The notes under the pieces are model-generated. The model did not search any database and was not told the DNA's origin. It saw nothing but the letters and a program-made list of their open reading frames with translations. A stretch of DNA of 64,000 bases, taken from assembly GCA_965248445.1 (NCBI GenBank), contig CBDFJG010000001.1, positions 479,885-543,884 on the forward strand, given 5' to 3'. How positions within the stretch are numbered: position 1 is the stretch's first letter; each line of letters starts with the position of its first letter. The position numbers and the translations under genes were made by a program. The DNA comes from Planctomycetota bacterium (GTDB lineage: Bacteria > Planctomycetota > JAJSAM01 > JAJVHW01). Shown in pieces: positions 58,134-64,000 of the stretch.

Positions 58134-61100
58134 CTAGCCGAGGGCCTCCCACGCCGCGATGATCTCGCGGTTCACGAAGATGTTCTCGAGGATCGGTGCG
58201 CGCCTCTCGTCAGAGAGTCCCGCAACCGACTCGTCCACGCTCTGCTTGGCGGCCTCGAGGTGGGCACGGTCACCGGTCGCGCGGTAGAGCCACAGCAGAC
58301 ACTCGCGCCGGGACAACGGATCGAGCGCGTTGCCGTGCTCAGCGACGGCGGCCAGCGCAGCTCCGACGTGCTCGGGTGAGTGAGTCGCAAGACACGCCAT
58401 CGCCTGAGCGGCGCACCCCGATTCGCCGTGCTCTTCCGCGAGCGCGTGTAGCGAGAGGAGTGCCTGCGTCGCCTCGTCCGTGCGGCCGAGCCGCAGCAGT
58501 CGATCGCCGATGAGCAGTCGGCTGCAAGTATCGAGCTGCATGTTCCGGATGTCGGCCGCGATCGACTGCGCGTCGCGGGCGAGTTCGAGTGCCTCGGCGT
58601 CGTTGTCGACGAATCGTGCCAGGTTGTAGTTGGCAATCGCCTCGCCCCAGCGGCGATCGATCTCGCGACTGAGCTCGAGGTGGCGCGCGAACAGCTTGCG
58701 ACCCTCCTCGACCCGGCCCTGCATCACGCAGATGATGCCCAGGTTCCCGGTAGCGCGGACCTCGCCCTCGCGGTTGCCGATCTCGCGGCTGATCGCGCGA
58801 TCCCGTTCGACCAGCTCGCGTGCCTCGTCGTGGCGGCCCTGCGACCAGAGCAGTCCGCCCAGGTTTCCGGCAGCCGACGCCTCGCCGTAACGCTCTCCAT
58901 GCCGGCGCGACGCTTCCATGCCCTCGCGCATCTTCCGTCGCGCCTCATCGATGCGTCCGAGCTTCTGCAGCGCGTTGCCGATGTTGCCCGTGATGACCGC
59001 GACGCCCGCGGCATCGCCCGTTCGCTCGCGCGCCGCGAGGGCGCGTTCATAGAGCTCCAGCACCTCCTCGTACTGCCCCACCAGGTAGAGCAGGTTTCCC
59101 AGGGAGCCGAGAGCTGCGGAACGCTGGAGGTCGTCATCGAGTCGTTCGGCGGCGTCGGCAGCAGCGCGAAGCCGTGCCTCGCTCTCCGGGTACTTCGCAA
59201 CCGTCATCAACGCGCGGCCGAGAGATACCGAGGCCGTCGTCACGCGCTTCTCGTCGTCGCACTCCTCGGCGACCCTCAGCGCCTCACGCGCAGCCGCGAT
59301 CTGCTCCTCGCGGTGACCCAGCCGGTCCAGGAAGTCCACGTACTTCACCAGCAGATCCACTCGGAGTGATCCGCTCACCAGCCCCGGCGCGTCCAACGCA
59401 CGCCGCGCCAGGTCCGCCGCGGCCGCGCCCTCGTAGGCAGCCTTCAGGTGGGACAGGGCGGCATCGAGGTGCTCGAGCGCGTCGGGGCCGCGCGCGGCCG
59501 CGAGGTAGTGACGGCAGATCTCCACGGCAGTGACACCGTCCACGTCGCTCGACCCGGCCTCTGCTGCGAGGGCATCGGCCAGCGCGCCGTGGTACTCCTG
59601 ACGGATCGCCTCTGGTAGGCGGTCGTAGATCAGCTCCTGTAACGCGTGGTGGTCGAACACGAACCTCGGGCCGGACGCCCGGACGACGCTCTGCTCGCGC
59701 TCCATTCGTCCCAGTGCGCGCAGCGTCGCGAGCCGTGGCGCGCCGAGTGCTGCCGCCAGCAGCCGCCCGTCGAACTCGAAGCCTCGGCACGCGGCCAGTT
59801 CCAGCAGCTCCCGGTCCTCCGGAGACAAGGCCTCGAGGCGCAACTCGATGAGACTCTCGATCGTGCTGGGCGGCTTGATCTCGCGCACGATCGAGCGCGT
59901 GGCCCAGCCGCCGTCGTCGTCGCGGACGAGGACCTCCACGTCACGCAGGGACCGCACGATCTCGAGGAGGAAGAACGGGTTGCCGTCTGCCTTCGAGGCG
60001 ATGCTCTCGGAGAGTCGCTCCGCACGCGCCGAGATCCCCAGAACGGGAGCGAGCAGCCCCGCGACGTCGTCGGGTCCCAACCGGTGCAGGGGCATGCGCG
60101 TGACGTGGTCCAGCCGCGCCACATTCGCGTACCACTCCTTGGACACGCCGGGACGCGCCGTCCCGACGAGGAGCAAACGATGTCCGGTCACCGCCATGGC
60201 GAGGCTCGCGAAGACCGACCGGCCCTCCGCGGGCGCGAAGTGCAGGTCGTCGATGAAGACGATCGTGGGCCGCTCAGCGGCCAGCGAGCGCGTAGCGTGC
60301 ACGAACACGGTCTGCAGCGCCTGCTGCGACAGTCGCTCGGCGCCGTCCGGAGCGATCTCGCCTCGCAGCAACGCATCGAACGCGGGTGCCAGCGCAGGCA
60401 CGTCGCGCAGATAACCCCGCGAACCGCGGTCGCCGAACTGTTGGCCGTAGGCATCGGAGAACGCGCCGAGAACCGTCGCGGCGCCGCCGGGCGGGAATGA
60501 ACCGAACAGGAAGTTCACGTCCTGCCCCGCGGCACCGAGCCGCCGCACGAATTCGTCCACGAGGCGCGACTTGCCGATCCCGGCCTCGCCTTCGATCAGG
60601 AGGACCCGCCCGTCTCCCGCGGCCGCCGGCTCGTACAGCGAGTTCAGCAATGTCAGCTCGTCCTCGCGCCCCACGCAGTCGGTCTCGCGCGGAATGCGAA
60701 TGCGACGCAGCGGTCGGCGGGTCGACTCGGCGATTCGTGTGGCCTGATGCGACCACCACTGCGCCGCCTCGCCGTGTTCGAGGACGTCGGCGACGAGTGC
60801 TGCGCTCTCCGGGCGCTGCTCGGGCTGCTTCGCCAGCAGCATCAGCACGAGCTCCTCGAACAGCGGACTCAGTTGCGGATTGAGCTTGCCGGGCCGCCGC
60901 GGTCGCTCGTCCAGCACGGCGCGCATGAGCCCCTCGAACGTCGGCGCACTGAACGGCGGCTCACCGGTCGCGAGGTCGTAGAGCATCGCTCCGAGCGCAT
61001 AGAGGTCGGCCCGCTCGTCGAGATCTGCGGCGCCGCGAAACTGCTCGGGTGGCGAGAACGCAGCGGTGCCGATGAACATCCCGGTCATGGACAACCGGTC

Positions 61101-61598
61101 TTCGCCCGTCGCGTGCCGCGCCAGGCCCAGATCCATGACCTTCACCGACTGGTCCGACGTGATCAGGACGTTCGCGGGCTTGAGGTCACGGTGCACGATG
61201 CCTGCATCGTGGATGGCGCCGAGACCCTTCGCCACTTCGCACCCGATGTGGCGGCAGAGGTCTTCAGGAACGCGGCCGAGTTCCTTGCACAGATCCTCGA
61301 CAGTCTGCCCCTCCACGAACTCGAGCGCGACGAACGGCTGGCCGTCGATCTCGCCACCGTCGAGGGTGCGCACGACATTCGGGTGCATGATGCGCTTGCC
61401 GACGTCCACCTCGCGCAGGAAGCGGTCGCGGTACCCCTCCTTGGTCAGGAGATGTGCGTGCACGAGCTTGAGCGCCACCGTCGTGCCGGCAGCGACGCCG
61501 GCGACCGGCTCCTCGACGGTCGCTGCGAACACACGGCCCATGCCGCCGGATCCGAGCTCCGACTGCACGCGATACGGGCCAATGCGAACGTCCTCCAC
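58134..61598 (-). CDS. Ser/Thr protein kinase plus AAA (STAND-like) ATPase plus TPR protein
   Basis: 'LGSGGMG', 'HRDLKPAN', 'DLG'; Walker A 'GEAGIGKS', Walker B 'VFIDDLH'; C-terminal 'GNLG' TPR repeats. Confidence 0.9.
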   Translation of the reverse strand: MEDVRIGPYRVQSELGSGGMGRVFAATVEEPVAGVAAGTTVALKLVHAHLLTKEGYRDRFLREVDVGKRIMHPNVVRTLDGGEIDGQPFVALEFVEGQTVEDLCKELGRVPEDLCRHIGCEVAKGLGAIHDAGIVHRDLKPANVLITSDQSVKVMDLGLARHATGEDRLSMTGMFIGTAAFSPPEQFRGAADLDERADLYALGAMLYDLATGEPPFSAPTFEGLMRAVLDERPRRPGKLNPQLSPLFEELVLMLLAKQPEQRPESAALVADVLEHGEAAQWWSHQATRIAESTRRPLRRIRIPRETDCVGREDELTLLNSLYEPAAAGDGRVLLIEGEAGIGKSRLVDEFVRRLGAAGQDVNFLFGSFPPGGAATVLGAFSDAYGQQFGDRGSRGYLRDVPALAPAFDALLRGEIAPDGAERLSQQALQTVFVHATRSLAAERPTIVFIDDLHFAPAEGRSVFASLAMAVTGHRLLLVGTARPGVSKEWYANVARLDHVTRMPLHRLGPDDVAGLLAPVLGISARAERLSESIASKADGNPFFLLEIVRSLRDVEVLVRDDDGGWATRSIVREIKPPSTIESLIELRLEALSPEDRELLELAACRGFEFDGRLLAAALGAPRLATLRALGRMEREQSVVRASGPRFVFDHHALQELIYDRLPEAIRQEYHGALADALAAEAGSSDVDGVTAVEICRHYLAAARGPDALEHLDAALSHLKAAYEGAAAADLARRALDAPGLVSGSLRVDLLVKYVDFLDRLGHREEQIAAAREALRVAEECDDEKRVTTASVSLGRALMTVAKYPESEARLRAAADAAERLDDDLQRSAALGSLGNLLYLVGQYEEVLELYERALAARERTGDAAGVAVITGNIGNALQKLGRIDEARRKMREGMEASRRHGERYGEASAAGNLGGLLWSQGRHDEARELVERDRAISREIGNREGEVRATGNLGIICVMQGRVEEGRKLFARHLELSREIDRRWGEAIANYNLARFVDNDAEALELARDAQSIAADIRNMQLDTCSRLLIGDRLLRLGRTDEATQALLSLHALAEEHGESGCAAQAMACLATHSPEHVGAALAAVAEHGNALDPLSRRECLLWLYRATGDRAHLEAAKQSVDESVAGLSDERRAPILENIFVNREIIAAWEALG

Positions 61599-61725
61599 CT
61601 CTGAAAGGTAGCACCCGCAGGGTTGGCGGGCGATGGCCCGCCGCGACGACCGACGCATCCACAGTCTGAGCAGCGCCATGTCCCCCGCCTCGCGTCGGGG
61701 CAACCAGATCGAACCGGTTGCGTGG

Positions 61726-61757
61726 GGGCGCCCCGCTCCTCTCGGAACGGGACGCCC
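61726..61757 (-). terminator. Hairpin directly after the slipin stop codon
   Basis: GGGCGTCCCGTTCC-GAGA-GGAGCGGGGCGCCC, GNRA loop with G-U pairs on the minus strand; no U-tract. Confidence 0.45.
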
Positions 61758-61762
61758 TGTCG

Positions 61763-62892
61763 TCAAGTGCCGCGTCCACGCGCGCCGATCAGACTCGTGA
61801 CCTGATCGGTGAGGTCGCCCTGACCCAGAACGAACGTCGCGTTCGTACCGGCCAGGATCTCACCCATCAGTTCGAGCTCACGGATACGCGCGAGCACGGG
61901 ATTCTGTGCGAGCAGACGTGCGGTGTTGGCCTGTGAACGGGCCGCCGCCGTCTCCTCACGACGTGTGATGACGTTGGCCTCTGCCTCCTTCTGCGCCGTG
62001 ATCACACGGTTCAGAATGGTCTTCATGTCACCCGGGAGCACGATGTCGCGCAGACCGACCGCACGCACCGTGACGCCGAAACCGGCACCACGGGCGGCGA
62101 GGGTCTTCGCCACCTCCGCACCCACGGACTCCTTGTCCGCGAGCAGCGCGTCGATGTCCCGCGTGCCCACCGCTGCGCGCAGCACGAGCTGCGCTTCGCG
62201 GTAGAGCGTCTGCGAGGCATCGGCCACCTTCGTGACCGCGGCGACCGGATCGGTCACGCGGTAGGTCACGACGAGGTTCACGCGCAGGGTCACCTTGTCC
62301 CGGGTCATGATCTCCTGACCCGCGACGTCGAGGACCTGCTCACGTCGATCCACGGTGCAAACCGAGACGCGGCCCACGCCCGTCCAGCGCACGTAGCGTC
62401 CGGACTTCACGTGGTCCACGAGCTCACCGTCCCGGAACACGAGCAATTCGTGGCTCGGTTCGGTGGGGATCTCCTTCACGAGGCCTGCTGCCCCCCGCAC
62501 TGCGAGGATTGCGTCGATCTGATCGTGCACGAGGCGCAGCCCCGTGGCATCGATGCGCTCGACGCGCACTTCCGCAGGCGCCTTCCAGAACGCGTGGCGT
62601 CCCGGACCGAGCACCCACGTCACACGACCGTCCTTCCAGACGATCGCGCGCTCGTAGTCGGCGAGGTCCACGACCTCGATGAGCTGGCGCACTGACGCGT
62701 ACTGCACGAGCAGTTCGAGTCGCGGGTGCTCGAAGCGCGTCGCGGTGACGTCGTAGGTCTCTAGGCATCGCGCTCCGCACCCCAGAGCGCGCTGCGCACC
62801 CAGTGCTTGCCCGGCAGGAGCACGTCGATCAGATCGGCGCCGCGGAAGCGGAGACCGATCTGGTGCTGTGCGATTCGGACACGCTGATACAT
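61763..62892 (-). pseudogene. Slipin-family SPFH/band-7 protein with a 1-nt frameshift
   Basis: SD AGGAGG and ATG at 62892 give MYQRVRIAQHQIGLRFRG...ERDA-stop; continues in another frame as 'ETYDV...GQEIMTRDKVTLRVN...RDIVLPGDMK...RREETAAARSQANTA'. Confidence 0.82.
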
Positions 62893-63303
62893 GGTTCTGT
62901 CCTCCTGTCCGGCCTCTGTGAGGCGGGTCATCGGTGCGGTGTCCGGACCGTCCGGACAGCCGTGTCATTCGGTTGGGCGCCTCATTCGTTGGGGGCGTCA
63001 GTCTTCGTTGGCTTTCCGGGGCGGGCTCCGCCCGTCTCACCCCGCGCACCGCGGCGGATTCCGGGGGACACGCAGGCGGACGTGCTTCGCCCGGCGGGCG
63101 GGAGCCGCCTGTGTGGCGTACTCCGAACCCGCCGGGGTCCGCGATCCGGGTCTGCATGGCACCCTGGAGCACTGGCCGTGTGCACGGTGCGCTGCCACGC
63201 GACCCGTCCGGCGCGAACGCCTTCTGAGACCTCGTGACCGCGCTGGAGAGACGTCTTCGCCTCGCCCCGGTCCGCCGGAATAGAGAGGGGTTTTGAAGCC
63301 CTC

Positions 63304-63376
63304 GTGTGGCAGCGGGAGTCGAACCCGCGACGTCCAAGGTGTCAGCCTGGTGCTCTAACCGTCTGAGCTATGCCGT
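63304..63376 (-). tRNA. tRNA-Val(GAC)-like RNA with degenerate acceptor stem
   Basis: D-arm TAGCTCAG..GGTTAGAGC, anticodon arm CCAGG-CTGACAC-CTTGG, T-arm GCGGGTTCGACTCCCGC; only 4 acceptor pairs and no CCA. Confidence 0.75.
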
Positions 63377-63452
63377 TGGTCGCGACGGTGGGAATCGAAC
63401 CCACGACCTCCAGCTTGTGAGGCCGGCGCTCTTCCAGCTGAGCTACGTCGCA
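63377..63452 (-). tRNA. tRNA-Val(CAC)
   Basis: 76 nt; acceptor TGCGACG/CGTCGCG, anticodon arm CCGGC-CTCACAA-GCTGG, T-arm GTGGGTTCGATTCCCAC, A73, encoded CCA. Confidence 0.9.
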
Positions 63453-63464
63453 ACGGTACGTCCG

Positions 63465-63775
63465 CCGGGCGGTTTCGATGCCGTGCACGGAACGCGCGTC
63501 GAGGAGTCCCCCACCGCGCCGCTGGCCCGGAACCGACAGCCGTTTCCTAGATGTGTTAGTGCCCGCGGCCTTGTGGCCGTTGCTGCGTCGCCGTCCTTCG
63601 TTCGCGGACTCGCTCACCGCGCTACTCGGCCTAGGCCGCGGGCTGTTTCGTGCTTCTCGACTGCATCTGTCTCCCTTCGCGAATCGAGCGAGCCCCGGAG
63701 ATCCTTGGACCTCCGGGGCTCGCGGCTCCCCGTGCCGTTTGGGCGTTGGGGGAGTCACTCCGCTCGCAAGGGAGG
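63465..63775 (-). ncRNA. Putative large multi-helix structured RNA upstream of the tRNAs
   Basis: Nested helices 63764-63774/63671-63682, 63688-63723, 63726-63754, 63633-63643/63561-63571, 63525-63530/63465-63470; no credible ORF. Confidence 0.6.
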
Positions 63776-64000
63776 GCCTTCCGTCGCGTACGACAAGCGC
63801 ATAAAGCGCGCGCCGCACCGTGGGACGATCAGTCGGTGTTCGTTGCTCATGAGCAGGCTGGAACGCGAGGCACGCGCGAGAGGTTCGGTGGAAACTTGAG
63901 AATCTCTGATCTACGCAACGCCGTGCTCCGTGCACGCAGCCGCGATGTCGCGATGCAGACGGTTGCGTTCGACCATCGTGTCGCGGACACACTCCGCCGG

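Noticed and set aside
63465-63775. Group I/II intron, RNase P or tmRNA assignment
   Set aside because: I could not find a group II domain V, the RNase P GAGGAAAGUCC motif or tmRNA termini; left unassigned
63306-63992. ORFs 63306-63899 (+) and 63342-63992 (-), and the long N-terminal extension of ORF 61763-63337
   Set aside because: They overlap tRNA genes and structured RNA, have low-complexity translations, and the true slipin start is at 62892

Overview
High-GC (about 70% by eye) bacterial chromosomal window. The gene order tpiA-secG-yicC-gmk-rpoZ-coaC, the split coaB/coaC and the many FHA, HEAT and Ser/Thr-kinase proteins suggest Planctomycetota (inference). Most of it is housekeeping: folE, an RluA-family pseudouridine synthase, a dispersed folate-dependent histidine utilisation pathway (hutH, hutU, hutI, FTCD), pgsA, aroF, tpiA, two secG copies, yicC, gmk, rpoZ, coaC/coaB, ftsK, pgpA, selA, type III glutamine synthetase, mutS, trmB, initiator tRNA-Met and queG. 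No integrase, transposase or CRISPR array was seen. The most unusual features are: (1) a ~0.9 kb non-coding minus-strand unit at the right end, made of an ornate ~320-nt structured RNA, a tRNA-Val(CAC), an abutting tRNA-Val(GAC)-like RNA with a broken acceptor stem and a second structured region, all leading into a frameshifted slipin (SPFH) gene; (2) an ATPase-less FtsK paralog directly after ftsK; (3) an inverted pair of ~122-bp REP-like repeats with compensatory base changes; (4) a ~260-nt stand-alone transcript with an 11-nt perfect anti-SD complement and a 12-codon ORF. Start codons were chosen by eye and all product calls come from motif recognition, not database searches.
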